Of a stretch of DNA of 64,000 nucleotides, positions 54,354 through 63,490 are shown one piece after another. The translations under genes and the position numbers were made by a program. Location: positions 27,867 to 91,866 of the forward strand of contig JAUYQP010000052.1 in assembly GCA_030697205.1 (NCBI GenBank), written 5' to 3'. The notes under the pieces were generated by a model. The model was given only the letters and a program-made list of their open reading frames with translations. It did no database searches and had not been told where the DNA came from. Every line of letters starts with the position of its first letter. Positions within the stretch are counted from its first letter, which is position 1. Source of the DNA: Mycobacteriales bacterium. GTDB lineage: Bacteria; Actinomycetota; Actinomycetes; Mycobacteriales; SCTD01.

Positions 54354-54971
54354 TCAGACCGGACGCAGCACGGGGTCGGGCGACATGGAGCCGAGCAACC
54401 GCTCCAGCGCCACCTCGACGTCCTCGCGCCAGGAGACGGCCGTCTTCAGCTCGAGCCGCAGCCGCGGGTAGCGGTGGTGCGGCCGCACGGTCTTGAAGCC
54501 GACGGCGCGCAGGCCCTGCGCCGGCAGCAGGCACGCACCGGCCTCGCCCTGCTCGTCACCGAAGGCCTCGATGGCGCGCACGCCCCGGCGTACGAGGTCC
54601 TTGGCCACCGCCTGCAGGAGCATCCGGCCGATGCCACCGCCCTGGAAGTCGGGCAGGACGTGGCCGGTCATGAGCACGACCGCGTCGGCGCTGACCGGGG
54701 AGGTGGGGAAGGCGACGGAGCGGGGGACGTACATCGGCGGCGCGAACATGATGTAGCCGGCCGGGACGCCGTCGACGTAGACGACCTTGCCGCAGGAGCC
54801 CCACTCGAGCAGCGTCGCGGAGACCCACGACTCCTTCTCGAAGGCGGTGTCGCCGGCCTCGACGGCCCGCTCCTGGCCGAGCGGGTCGAGCTCCCAGAAG
54901 ACGCAGTCGCGGCACGTGCGCGGCAGGTCGTCGAGGTTGTCGAGCGTGATGCTGACGGTGCGGCGGCTCAC
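54354..54971 (-). CDS. GNAT-family N-acetyltransferase
   Basis: GTG 54971 within track ORF 54354..56441. The acetyl-CoA-binding region reads VLPDFQGGGIGRMLLQAVAKDLVRRGVRAIEAF. Confidence 0.75.
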   Translation of the reverse strand: MSRRTVSITLDNLDDLPRTCRDCVFWELDPLGQERAVEAGDTAFEKESWVSATLLEWGSCGKVVYVDGVPAGYIMFAPPMYVPRSVAFPTSPVSADAVVLMTGHVLPDFQGGGIGRMLLQAVAKDLVRRGVRAIEAFGDEQGEAGACLLPAQGLRAVGFKTVRPHHRYPRLRLELKTAVSWREDVEVALERLLGSMSPDPVLRPV

Positions 54972-55072
54972 GGGGCGTCCTTCTGCGTCTGCCTGCGAGG
55001 AGCCTTCAGGAGCCCGGCGAGCCAGCCGCCGACGGCACCGAGGACGAGGCCGATCGACAGGCGGGTCGACAC
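54968..55072 (-). CDS. Small membrane peptide ORF (34 aa from GTG 55072), coupled to the GNAT gene
   Basis: VSTRLSIGLVLGAVGGWLAGLLKAPRRQTQKDAP. Its stop forms a GTGA overlap with the GNAT start. 31 of 34 third codon positions are G/C. It is the tail of track ORF 54968..55216. The start is uncertain and the SD is weak. Confidence 0.4.
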   Translation of the reverse strand: MSTRLSIGLVLGAVGGWLAGLLKAPRRQTQKDAP

Positions 55073-55154
55073 TCGTCGGACGGCCTGGCCACCGGGCCGG
55101 GGAAGAGCCACGCGTCGAGGGTAACCGCGAGGTCGACAACCGGGAAGACGCCGT

Positions 55155-56474
55155 GTGTACCGTCGTGACATGGATGAGGCGCTGCGGCAGACGGGGACCA
55201 CGCTCGACGCGTTCACCGGCCGCTACGCCGCCCGCACCGCCGGGATGACGGCGAGCGAGATCCGGGCGCTGTTCGCCGTCGCGTCGCGTCCCGAGGTCGT
55301 GTCGCTCGCCGGCGGGATGCCCTTCACCTCCGCGCTGCCGCTCGAGCAGGTCGGCAAGCTCATGTCGGACCTCATGGGGGCGCGCGGCGCCGCCGCGCTG
55401 CAGTACGGCTCGGGCCAGGGCGACCCGGCCCTGCGCGAGCTGATCTGCGAGGTCATGTCGCTCGAGGGGGTGCAGGCCAGCCCCGACGACGTCGTCGTCA
55501 CCGTCGGCTCGCAGCAGGCGCTCGACCTGGTCACCCGCATCTTCTGCGACCCCGGCGACGTGGTCCTGGCCGAGGCGCCGTCCTACGTCGGCGCCCTCGG
55601 GACGTTCGCGGCGTACCAGGCCGAGGTGGTGCACGTCGCGATGGACGAGCACGGACTGGTGCCGGAGGCGCTGCGCGAGGCGGTGGCCCGGGTCGGGTCG
55701 CGCGCGAAGTTCCTCTACACGATCCCCAACTTCCACAACCCCGCCGGCACGTCGCTGTCCGACGCGCGCCGCACCGAGGTCCTCGAGATCTGCCGGGCCG
55801 CAGGGTTGCTCGTGCTGGAGGACAACCCCTACGGGCTGCTCGGCTTCGACGGGCCTCCGGTGCCGGCGATCCGGGCCCGCGGGGGCGAGGACGACGTCGT
55901 CTACCTCGGGTCGTTCTCGAAGACCTTCGCGCCCGGCCTGCGGGTCGGCTGGGTGCTCGCGCCGCACGCCGTGCGCGAGAAGCTCGTGCTCGCCGCCGAG
56001 GCCTCGGTGCTGTGCCCGCCCGCGCTCAACCAGATGGTCGTCGTCGACTACCTCGTCAACCACGACTGGCGCCACCAGGTGGAGGTCTTCAAAGACATCT
56101 ACCGCGAGCGCCGCGACGCGATGCTCGACGAGCTCGAGCGCCAGATGCCACCGGGTACGACGTGGACGCACCCGGCGGGCGGCTTTTACGTGTGGACCAC
56201 GCTGCCGGAGGGCCTGGACTCCAAGGTCATGCAGCCGCGGGCCATCACCGCCCGCGTCGCCTACGTCCCCGGCATCGGCTTCTACGCCGACGGTCAGGGC
56301 CGCCGCGACCTGCGGCTGTCCTACTGCTTCCCCGAGCCGGAGCGGATCCGGGAGGGGGTGCGCCGCCTCGGCGGCGTTGTCGCGGAGGAGCTCGAGCTGC
56401 TGTCCACCTTCGGTCCCGTGACCCAGCTGGCGCGCCCGCACGGTGCCGACACCCCCGCCCCGGACATGCTGTGA
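55155..56474 (+). CDS. PLP-dependent aminotransferase, class I/II (2-aminoadipate/aromatic aminotransferase-like)
   Basis: 439 aa, with ..VSLAGGMP..QYGSGQGDPALRE..NPAGTSLS..LVLEDNPYG..YLGSFSKTFAPGLRVGW (PLP Lys). An alternative start is ATG 55170. Confidence 0.85.
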   Translation: MYRRDMDEALRQTGTTLDAFTGRYAARTAGMTASEIRALFAVASRPEVVSLAGGMPFTSALPLEQVGKLMSDLMGARGAAALQYGSGQGDPALRELICEVMSLEGVQASPDDVVVTVGSQQALDLVTRIFCDPGDVVLAEAPSYVGALGTFAAYQAEVVHVAMDEHGLVPEALREAVARVGSRAKFLYTIPNFHNPAGTSLSDARRTEVLEICRAAGLLVLEDNPYGLLGFDGPPVPAIRARGGEDDVVYLGSFSKTFAPGLRVGWVLAPHAVREKLVLAAEASVLCPPALNQMVVVDYLVNHDWRHQVEVFKDIYRERRDAMLDELERQMPPGTTWTHPAGGFYVWTTLPEGLDSKVMQPRAITARVAYVPGIGFYADGQGRRDLRLSYCFPEPERIREGVRRLGGVVAEELELLSTFGPVTQLARPHGADTPAPDML

Positions 56475-57406
56475 AGGCCCTCGTCCTCGCCGGCGGGCTC
56501 TCCCACGAGCGCGACGTCTCGCTGCGCTCCGGCCGCCGCGTCGCCGATGCCCTGCGCACGGCCGGCGTGGACGTCGAGGTCCGTGACGCCGACGCCGGCC
56601 TGCTCGACCACCTCGCCGGGTCGTCGTACGACGCCGTGCTCGTCGCCCTGCACGGCGGTGCGGGCGAGGACGGCGCGCTGCGCGAGGTCCTCGACCTGGC
56701 CGGCGTCCGCTACGTCGGGTCGGGGCCCGCTGCCTGCCGCGCCTCCTGGGACAAACCGACCGCGAAAGCGGCCTTCGCGCGCGCCGGGCTGACGACGCCG
56801 GAGTCGGTGACGCTGCCGCACGCGTCGTTCCGCGAGCTCGGCGCCGGCGCGGTGCTCTCGCTGCTCGAGGCGCGCCTCGGCCTGCCGCTCATGGTCAAGC
56901 CCGCGCGCGGGGGCTCCGCGCTCGGGTGCACGGTCGTCGACAAGAGCGCCGACCTGCCCGCCGCGATGGTCTCGTGCTTCTCCTACGGCGAGGCCGCGCT
57001 GGTCGAGCGCTTCGTCGTCGGCACCGAGGTCGCGGTGTCGGTGCTGGACACCGGGTCCGGGCCGGTCGCGCTCCCTGCGGTGGAGATCCGGCCGCTGTCG
57101 GGGGTCTACGACTACGCCGCCCGCTACACCGCCGGCGCGACGGAGTTCACGACACCGGCGGGTCTGTCGGATGCTGCTGCCGCCGAGGTCGCGCGCGTGG
57201 CGGTCGCCGCGCACTCCGCCCTCGGGCTGCGTGACCTGTCGCGCGCCGACCTCATCGTCGCCGAGGACGGCACGGTCCAGCTGCTCGAGGTCAACGTCGC
57301 ACCCGGCATGACCGAGACGTCGCTGCTCCCGATGGCCGTCGAAGCCGCCGACCTGTCCTTCGGCGACGTCCTGCGCGACCTGCTGTCGATAGCCGCCACC
57401 CGCTAA
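56471..57406 (+). CDS. ddl: D-alanine--D-alanine ligase-family ATP-grasp enzyme
   Basis: GTG 56471 forms a GTGA overlap with the aminotransferase stop. VKALVLAGGLSHERDVSLRSG..ALHGGAGEDGALREVLDLAGVRYVGSG..LMVKPARGGSALG..LLEVNVAPGMTETSL. Confidence 0.85.
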   Translation: MKALVLAGGLSHERDVSLRSGRRVADALRTAGVDVEVRDADAGLLDHLAGSSYDAVLVALHGGAGEDGALREVLDLAGVRYVGSGPAACRASWDKPTAKAAFARAGLTTPESVTLPHASFRELGAGAVLSLLEARLGLPLMVKPARGGSALGCTVVDKSADLPAAMVSCFSYGEAALVERFVVGTEVAVSVLDTGSGPVALPAVEIRPLSGVYDYAARYTAGATEFTTPAGLSDAAAAEVARVAVAAHSALGLRDLSRADLIVAEDGTVQLLEVNVAPGMTETSLLPMAVEAADLSFGDVLRDLLSIAATR

Positions 57407-57491
57407 CCGGCCGCCGGCCCACCCGCCCGCCGCCCCGCCCCGCGCCCTCGCCCTCGCGACGCCCTCGCCAGGGACCGCCCCCCCCCCCCGG

Positions 57492-57549
57492 GATTGGGTG
57501 GCTTTCCTCGGCGTGTCGCCCCAGGACACGCCGAGAAAACCCACCCAAT
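57492..57549 (+). repeat. Conserved hairpin core, copy d (best palindrome, 23/25 arm match), flanked by C-rich (left) and G-rich (right) tracts
   Basis: GATTGGGTGGCTTTCCTCGGCGTGTC-gccccag-GACACGCCGAGAAAACCCACCCAAT. It fills the convergent ddl/parB spacer. Confidence 0.85.
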
Positions 57550-57646
57550 AGGCACGGGGCGGACGCCGGGGTGTCGGGGCGAGGGGCGAGGGGCGGGGCC
57601 GGGCGGGGCCGGGCGGGACCGCGGGTGGCCCGAGCGGCGGGCTCGG

Positions 57647-58585
57647 TTACTGGTGCGGGGGCTCCATGGCAGCGACGATGCGGGCAAGGTCGGCCTCACC
57701 GGCGAACTCGACGACGAGGCGGCCCTTCGCGCGGGCGCCCTTGCCGGACAGCTCGACGCGCACGCGCGTCTCGAGACGATCACCCAGGCGGTCGGCGACC
57801 TCGGCGACGGCTGCCGGCAGCGGCGCCTTCGCCCGCGGCGCCCGCTCCTTGCGGGCCGGCCCGTCGTGGGCGGCCAGCGACACGAGCTCCTCGGTGGACC
57901 GCACCGACAGGCCCTCGGCGATGACGCGGTGAGCCATCGCCTCCTGAGCCGCCGGGGAGTCGAGGCCGAGGATCGCGCGGGCGTGTCCGGCCGACAGCAC
58001 CCCGGCGGCCACCTTGTTCTGCACGGTCGGGGGCAGCTGCAACAGCCGGATCGTGTTGGAGATCTGCGGGCGGGACCGGCCGATGCGGCGGGCGAGCTCC
58101 TCCTGCGTGCAGCCGAAGTCGGCGAGCAGCTGCTGGTACGCCGCGCCCTCCTCGAGCGGGTTGAGCTGCGACCGGTGGAGGTTCTCGAGCAGCGCGTCGC
58201 GCAGCAGGTCGTCGTCGGTGGTGTCGCGCACGATCGCCGGGATCGTCGCGAGCCCGAGCTCGCGATGGGCGCGCAGCCGGCGCTCGCCCATGACGAGCTC
58301 GTAGGAGCCCGGGCCGAGGGTCCGCACCACGACGGGCTGCAGCAGGCCGACCTCGCGGATCGAGTCCACGAGCTCCTGTAGCGCCTCGGCGTCGAAGACG
58401 GTGCGCGGCTGCACCCGGTTGGGCTGCACCTGGTCGAGCGGGATCTCCGCGAAGCGGGCCCCGGCGACCGGAGCGAGACCGTTGACGGGAGCGCCGGGGA
58501 CCGACTCCGGCGTACCTGCTGTGGGGGTGCCCGTCGGGATGAGGGCACCGAGCCCGCGGCCGAGACCTCCGACGCGCTGGTTCAT
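57647..58585 (-). CDS. parB: Chromosome partitioning protein ParB
   Basis: ATG 58585 forms an ATGA overlap with the parA stop. [47 protein letters not shown], plus the [26 protein letters not shown]. Confidence 0.95.
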   Translation of the reverse strand: MNQRVGGLGRGLGALIPTGTPTAGTPESVPGAPVNGLAPVAGARFAEIPLDQVQPNRVQPRTVFDAEALQELVDSIREVGLLQPVVVRTLGPGSYELVMGERRLRAHRELGLATIPAIVRDTTDDDLLRDALLENLHRSQLNPLEEGAAYQQLLADFGCTQEELARRIGRSRPQISNTIRLLQLPPTVQNKVAAGVLSAGHARAILGLDSPAAQEAMAHRVIAEGLSVRSTEELVSLAAHDGPARKERAPRAKAPLPAAVAEVADRLGDRLETRVRVELSGKGARAKGRLVVEFAGEADLARIVAAMEPPHQ

Positions 58586-59724
58586 GCGGTGACTCCTCGG
58601 GTGGCGATCTCGCGGGCGGCGTCGAGGTAGGCCTTCGCCCCGCGCGAGCCCGCGTCGTAGGTGACGACCGACTGGCCGTAGCCGGGCGCCTCGGACACCC
58701 GCACCGAGCGGGGGACGGCAGTGTCGAGCACGGTCGACCCGAAGTGCGAGCGCACCTCCTCGGCCACCTGCTCCGCCAGCCGCGTGCGGGCGTCGTACAT
58801 CGTGAGCAGGATCGTGCTGACCTCGAGGCTCGGGTTGAGGTTGGCGCGCACCAGCTCGATGGTCTTGAGCAGCTGGCCGAGGCCCTCGAGCGCGTAGTAC
58901 TCGCACTGGATCGGGATGAGGACCTCGCCGGTCGCGACCATGGCGTTGAGGGTGAGCAGGCCCAGCGACGGCGGGCAGTCGACGAGGACGTAGTCGACGT
59001 CCTTGCCCTGGTCCTCGCAGTAGGCATCGATCGCGCGCTTGAGCCGCGACTCGCGCGCGACGACCGACACCAGCTCGATCTCGGCACCCGCGAGGTCGAT
59101 GGTGGCGGGCACGCACATCAGACGGGGTACGCCGGCAGCCGGCTGCGCGACGTCCGCGATCGCGGTGCCCTCGATGAGGACGTCGTAGACGTTGGGCACG
59201 CCCGCGTGGTGAGGGACGCCGAGGCCGGTGGAGGCGTTGCCCTGCGGGTCGAGGTCGATGACGAGGACGTTCATGCCGTGCAGCGCCAGCGCGACGCCGA
59301 GGTTGACGGTGCTCGTCGTCTTGCCGACGCCGCCCTTCTGGTTGGCGATCGTGATGACCCGCCGGGTCGTGGGGCGCGGGAAGTCGTCGCTGCCGCTGGG
59401 GTTGAGCACCTGCACGGCCGCGGCCGCGGCGGCGGCGATCGGAGTGTCGCCGTCCTCGAGCGCGGCCCGGATCCGGCTGACCGCCTCGTCCTCGACCGGC
59501 AGCGGCGGGGCAGGCGGGCTGGCACCCTGACCGGTATCCGGACCGAGGGCTTCCACCTTCGTGGCCTGCCCCGGACGTCCCGCATCGATGGCGTCCGGCG
59601 CGCTCCACACGGTCGAGGTGGACGTCTCCGGTCCGGGCGCAGGGGGCGACGCAGTCGCGGGGGACGGGTCCGTCCACGGGTCGAGCTGGGTGCGGGGGTC
59701 GTGCGGGTCGGTCGGGTGCGTCAT
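58582..59724 (-). CDS. parA: Chromosome partitioning ATPase ParA (with long N-terminal extension)
   Basis: The deviant Walker A is [18 protein letters not shown]. The start forms an ATGA overlap with the rsmG stop. Confidence 0.93.
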   Translation of the reverse strand: MTHPTDPHDPRTQLDPWTDPSPATASPPAPGPETSTSTVWSAPDAIDAGRPGQATKVEALGPDTGQGASPPAPPLPVEDEAVSRIRAALEDGDTPIAAAAAAAVQVLNPSGSDDFPRPTTRRVITIANQKGGVGKTTSTVNLGVALALHGMNVLVIDLDPQGNASTGLGVPHHAGVPNVYDVLIEGTAIADVAQPAAGVPRLMCVPATIDLAGAEIELVSVVARESRLKRAIDAYCEDQGKDVDYVLVDCPPSLGLLTLNAMVATGEVLIPIQCEYYALEGLGQLLKTIELVRANLNPSLEVSTILLTMYDARTRLAEQVAEEVRSHFGSTVLDTAVPRSVRVSEAPGYGQSVVTYDAGSRGAKAYLDAAREIATRGVTA

Positions 59725-60446
59725 CGCGGCGTCCTCCGGGGAGTGCGTGAGGAGCGGGCGGGGCGGGCGGCCTTGGGCGGCTTGGGACCGGGGCGGTCGC
59801 CGCGGGTGACGACGACGACGCGGGCTGCGGTGTCGAGCCGCTCCTCACCGACCTCGACGACCTCGGCGGCGATCGCACCGGCGGAGCGCAGCGCCGTCAT
59901 CGCGACGTCGAGCTCCTCCTGGGCACTGGTGCCCTTGAGGGCGAGCAGCCGGCCGCCCCGGCGCAGCAGCGGCATCGACCAGCGGCCGAGCTTGTCCAGC
60001 GGCGCGACCGCGCGGGCGGTGACCGCGTCGACCTCGACGAGGCCGGCCAGCTCCTCCGCGCGGGCCCGCCGGACGACGACCGTGCGCAGGCCGAGCTGCT
60101 CGACGGCCTCGGTGAGGAAGGTCGCGCGCCGCAGCAGCGGCTCGGCGAGGACCACCGTGAGGTCGGGGCGCGCGCAGGCGACGACCAGACCGGGCAGGCC
60201 CGCGCCCGAGCCGAGGTCGAGCAGGGTGGAGCCCTCCTCGACGAGGGCTGCGACGCCGACGCAGTTGAGCAGGTGGCGCTCCCACAGCCGCGGTGCCTCG
60301 CGCGGGCCGAGCAGCCCGCGCTCGACACCGGGGCCGGCGAGCAGCGCGCAGTAGGACTCGAGCAGCGGCAGCCGGTCGCCGAAGACCTCGCGCGCCGACT
60401 CCGGCGGGGCCGGAGGGGGAGCGAGCTCGGGGGCGGGTGCCGTCAC
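59721..60446 (-). CDS. rsmG: 16S rRNA (guanine527-N7)-methyltransferase RsmG (GidB)
   Basis: ..[25 protein letters not shown].., in the conserved jag-rsmG-parA-parB order. Confidence 0.93.
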   Translation of the reverse strand: MTAPAPELAPPPAPPESAREVFGDRLPLLESYCALLAGPGVERGLLGPREAPRLWERHLLNCVGVAALVEEGSTLLDLGSGAGLPGLVVACARPDLTVVLAEPLLRRATFLTEAVEQLGLRTVVVRRARAEELAGLVEVDAVTARAVAPLDKLGRWSMPLLRRGGRLLALKGTSAQEELDVAMTALRSAGAIAAEVVEVGEERLDTAARVVVVTRGDRPGPKPPKAARPARSSRTPRRTPR

Positions 60447-60449
60447 GGG

Positions 60450-60959
60450 CTAGTCGCCGGGCAGGACGACGACGCGACGCTCGGGCTCGACGCCGTCGCT
60501 CTCGCTGTGGACGCCCGCCACCGCCGCGACCGCGTCATGGACGATCTTGCGCTCGAACGGCGTCATCGGGGCGAGGCGGACGGCCTCACCGCCGTCGAGG
60601 ACGCGCTGGGCGGCCCGGGTGCCGACCTCGGTGAGCTCGGCCTTGCGGCCCGCCCGCCAGCCGCCGATGTCGAGCATGAGCCGCGAGCGGACACCGGTCT
60701 GCTGGACGACCGCGAGGCGGGTGAGCTCCTGCAGCGCGTCGAGGACCTGGCCGTGCGTGCCGACGAGGGCGTCGAGGCCGTCGCCGACGATCGCGACGAC
60801 GGCGCGCTCGCCCTCGACGTCCATGTCGATGTCACCGTCGACGTCGGCGATGTCGAGCAGTCGCTCGAGGTAGTCGCCGGCGATGTCGCCCTCCTGGACG
60901 AGCAGGTCGCCGGGAGCAACGTCCTCGGCTGCCGGGGTTGCGGTGTCGGTCTCGGTCAC
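60450..60959 (-). CDS. jag: Jag/KhpB-type RNA-binding protein (KH + R3H domains)
   Basis: Track ORF 60450..60971 starts at TTG. GTG 60959 follows GGAGA at better spacing. The R3H-like C-terminus reads MTPFERKIVHDAVAAVAGVHSESDGVEPERRVVV. Confidence 0.88.
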   Translation of the reverse strand: MTETDTATPAAEDVAPGDLLVQEGDIAGDYLERLLDIADVDGDIDMDVEGERAVVAIVGDGLDALVGTHGQVLDALQELTRLAVVQQTGVRSRLMLDIGGWRAGRKAELTEVGTRAAQRVLDGGEAVRLAPMTPFERKIVHDAVAAVAGVHSESDGVEPERRVVVLPGD

Positions 60960-61040
60960 GGGGTTCTCCAAGGTCTCGCGCCGTGGGGTGGCGCCGTACG
61001 GGTGGGAGCGGTGCTCCCGGGGGCTGGTGGGCTAGCGGTG

Positions 61041-62066
61041 CTAGCGACGTCCGCCGCGGCGGGCGTTCTTCTTGTTCTTCTTGCTGCCGGCCTGCCGGCG
61101 CGGTGCGACCTGGCGCTGCGCGAGCACAGCCGTGCCGGTCGCGTGGGCGGTCGGCGCGGTCCCGGTGCCGTCGTCGCCCTCGTCGGTCGAGCCCGTCTCG
61201 GGACCCTTCTTCTTCGGGTCCTTCGCGGCGCCGCCGCTCTTGGGTCCCTTGTCCTTGCCGCCAGTGGCGCCGCCTGCGGCGCCCGGCTTGCCCGGCACGA
61301 TCGGCGGCATCCGCTTGATGACGAAGTGCTGCTGGCCCATCGACCAGAGGTTGGTCGTGAGCCAGTAGAGGAGGACACCGATCGGGAAGATCACGCCGGA
61401 GACCGCGAAGGACAGCGGCAGGACGTAGAGCAGGACCTTCTGGACCATGACCTGCTGCGGGTCGGTGACCGCGCCGGCCCGCGCCATCATCTGCCGCTGC
61501 GTCCAGAACGTCGACGCGCCCATCGCCACGATCATGACGATCGCGACGATGCGCACCGTCGTGACGTTGCCCTGCAGGGTGGTGATCTGCTCGACGCTCG
61601 AGCGGAAGTTGGCGGCGATCGGCGCGCCGAAGACCTGCGCGAGGCCGCCCTTCTCGAGGTCCTCGGAGGTGAGGCCGAACTTGGGGCTCTTGCCGGGCCC
61701 GAAGTTGTTGATGACGCTGAACAGCGCGAAGAAGATCGGCAGCTGTACGAGCAAGGGCAGGCAGCCCGAGATCGGGTTGGCGTTGTGCTCCTTGTAGAGC
61801 TTCATCATCTCGACGTTGAGCGTCTCGCGGTCGCCCTTGTGCTTCTTCTGCAGCTCCTTGACCAGCGGAGCGATCTGCTGCATCCGGCGCTGGCTCTTGA
61901 TCTGCTTGACGAACAGCGGGAACAGCGCGAGCCGCACGCACACCGTCAGCAGCACGATCGACAGACCCCACGCCGGGCCGCTGCCCTCGATGAGGAACGT
62001 CGACAACCCCGAGTGGATCGCCTTGAGGATGAAGGCGACCGGGGTGGCGAGGAAGTCGATGCTCAT
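61041..62066 (-). CDS. yidC: Membrane protein insertase YidC
   Basis: ATG 62066 forms an ATGA overlap with the yidD stop. [47 protein letters not shown]... The C-terminal tail is basic. Confidence 0.93.
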   Translation of the reverse strand: MSIDFLATPVAFILKAIHSGLSTFLIEGSGPAWGLSIVLLTVCVRLALFPLFVKQIKSQRRMQQIAPLVKELQKKHKGDRETLNVEMMKLYKEHNANPISGCLPLLVQLPIFFALFSVINNFGPGKSPKFGLTSEDLEKGGLAQVFGAPIAANFRSSVEQITTLQGNVTTVRIVAIVMIVAMGASTFWTQRQMMARAGAVTDPQQVMVQKVLLYVLPLSFAVSGVIFPIGVLLYWLTTNLWSMGQQHFVIKRMPPIVPGKPGAAGGATGGKDKGPKSGGAAKDPKKKGPETGSTDEGDDGTGTAPTAHATGTAVLAQRQVAPRRQAGSKKNKKNARRGGRR

Positions 62067-62353
62067 GAGGTGCTCACGGGACGGGCTCCAGGTGCGGTGT
62101 CGAGGGGCGAGACGATCGTCCCCGAGGTCTGACGAGCGGGAGGGACCGGGTCGTGCCCGCCGGGGTGGAAGGGGTGGCAGCGGCCGATCCGCCGCAGCGC
62201 GAGCCACGAGCCGCGACCGGCGCCGTGGACGGCGAGGGCCTCGAGCGCGTAGGCGCTGCAGGTCGGAGCGAAGCGGCAGCGGCCGGGCAGCAGCCGGGAG
62301 ACCAGGCGGTACGCCGAGACCAGCGCGCGCAGGACCCGGGCCAGCGGGCTCAT
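62063..62353 (-). CDS. yidD: Membrane protein insertion efficiency factor YidD
   Basis: [28 protein letters not shown]...[22 protein letters not shown]. Confidence 0.9.
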   Translation of the reverse strand: MSPLARVLRALVSAYRLVSRLLPGRCRFAPTCSAYALEALAVHGAGRGSWLALRRIGRCHPFHPGGHDPVPPARQTSGTIVSPLDTAPGARPVSTS

Positions 62354-62769
62354 CGGTCTGCTCCCGCACGGCCGGCCCGCTCGAGTGCGACGCGCAGGGC
62401 GCCGTCGAGCGCCTCCCGAAGCGCCGCGCTGTCGGCGCTGCCCGCAGCGGGCGCGGCCCGCACGACCAGGGTGGTGCCGGGCGGGACGTCGGCGTCGGGG
62501 CCGATGAGGTGCGGCGCGAGCAGGTGCCGGAGCCGGCGGGAGGTGCGGTGCCGCACGACGGACCCGCCGACGGCCTTGCTCACCACGAGCCCTGCCCGCG
62601 CGGGGGCGGCGGCAGGGCGGGCAGCACCATCGTCGGCCGGCAACAGGTGCACGGTGAGCAGCGGCTGCGCGCCTGCCGAGACACTGCTGCGGACGCTGCC
62701 CCGAACGCCGTGGCGCAGCACAGCGCTGAACTCCTGCGAGGAGCGCACCCGGTGGGCGGGAGGCAGCAC
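62350..62769 (-). CDS. rnpA: Ribonuclease P protein component
   Basis: The track ORF runs to 62775. GGAGG precedes GTG 62769, giving [42 protein letters not shown]. Confidence 0.88.
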   Translation of the reverse strand: MLPPAHRVRSSQEFSAVLRHGVRGSVRSSVSAGAQPLLTVHLLPADDGAARPAAAPARAGLVVSKAVGGSVVRHRTSRRLRHLLAPHLIGPDADVPPGTTLVVRAAPAAGSADSAALREALDGALRVALERAGRAGADR

Positions 62770-62828
62770 CCGCACCTCCGGACGGTCGGGTCGTGCGGGA
62801 CGTCGGTCGTGCAGGCTGGGCAGGAGCC

Positions 62829-62966
62829 TCAGGCGGAGAGCTCGCTGCGACCCTTGCGGCGGCGCGCAGCGAGGATCGCGCGTCCGGCGCGGGTCTGCAT
62901 GCGCAGCCGGAAGCCGTGGGTCTTGGCGCGACGGCGGTTGTTCGGCTGGAAGGTGCGCTTGCTCAC
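62829..62966 (-). CDS. rpmH: 50S ribosomal protein L34
   Basis: GTG 62966 within track ORF 62829..63107. The product is [45 protein letters not shown], 45 aa. Confidence 0.95.
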   Translation of the reverse strand: MSKRTFQPNNRRRAKTHGFRLRMQTRAGRAILAARRRKGRSELSA

Positions 62967-63122
62967 GGCGGGGCTCTCCGGGGGTCTGTGGATCGTGCGG
63001 TCTGTGCTGGCCACGAGGTGCGGACGGCTGCCTGCGCGGGCACAGACCTTCCTAAGGTACGGACCGCGTCGCAGCCGGTCAAACACTCGGGCTGCGACAC
63101 GCCGCACAACCGGGGTTCAGCC

Positions 63123-63398
63123 TGTGGACAACCCTTGCGGGGCCGTGGACCGGCTGTTAGTTTGCCCGCGCCGGCCTTCCCCGCGCCACCGCTCGGCGAG
63201 CACGACCTCCCCGTGAGCCTCCGGCTCACGGGCCGCTCCACCCGACCGGGATCTGCTCCACGTCCCGGGCGCCGGCCCACCGCACGTCCCGCCCGCCCCG
63301 CGAGCCCGCTCGTGATCACCTTCGGGGACGCTCGATGGCGCGCGTCCGGGTCGGTGCTTCCTGGGCGTTCCACAGCCTGTGGACAGCGGTGTGGACGA
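63123..63398. promoter_or_regulatory. DnaA-box cluster in the rpmH-dnaA spacer
   Basis: tgtggacaa at 63123-63131 is the perfect TTGTCCACA complement. Also present are ttccaca (63368-63374), tgtggacag (63378-63386) and tgtggacga (63390-63398). A further tgtggatcg lies at 62987-62995. Confidence 0.7.
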
Positions 63399-63490
63399 GG
63401 GACGTCGCAGCCGCCGGACCCACCGCTGACCTCACTCCTGACCCGCCCGTGATCTGCCCCTGCTGCACCCCTGACCTGCGAGGACCCCGC

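Noticed and set aside
54972-56441. Upstream 490 codons of track ORF 54354..56441
   Set aside because: This part is antisense to the aminotransferase, whose PLP-lysine motif SFSKTF is clear on the plus strand. Only the last 205 codons show GNAT features.
58586-59878. Upstream extension of the parB frame (track ORF 57647..59878, 743 aa), and likewise the yidC frame to 62369, the rpmH frame to 63107, the ino1 frame from 28188 and the ddl frame from 56012
   Set aside because: These are in-frame run-ons through neighbouring genes read in the wrong frame. The canonical N-termini start at internal ATG/GTG codons, and those codons form 4-nt overlaps with the upstream stop codons.
62967-63490. The rpmH-dnaA spacer as the complete oriC
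   Set aside because: It holds only four or five DnaA boxes and no obvious AT-rich unwinding element. In actinobacteria the principal oriC is normally the dnaA-dnaN spacer, which is outside the window. It is annotated only as a DnaA-box/promoter region.
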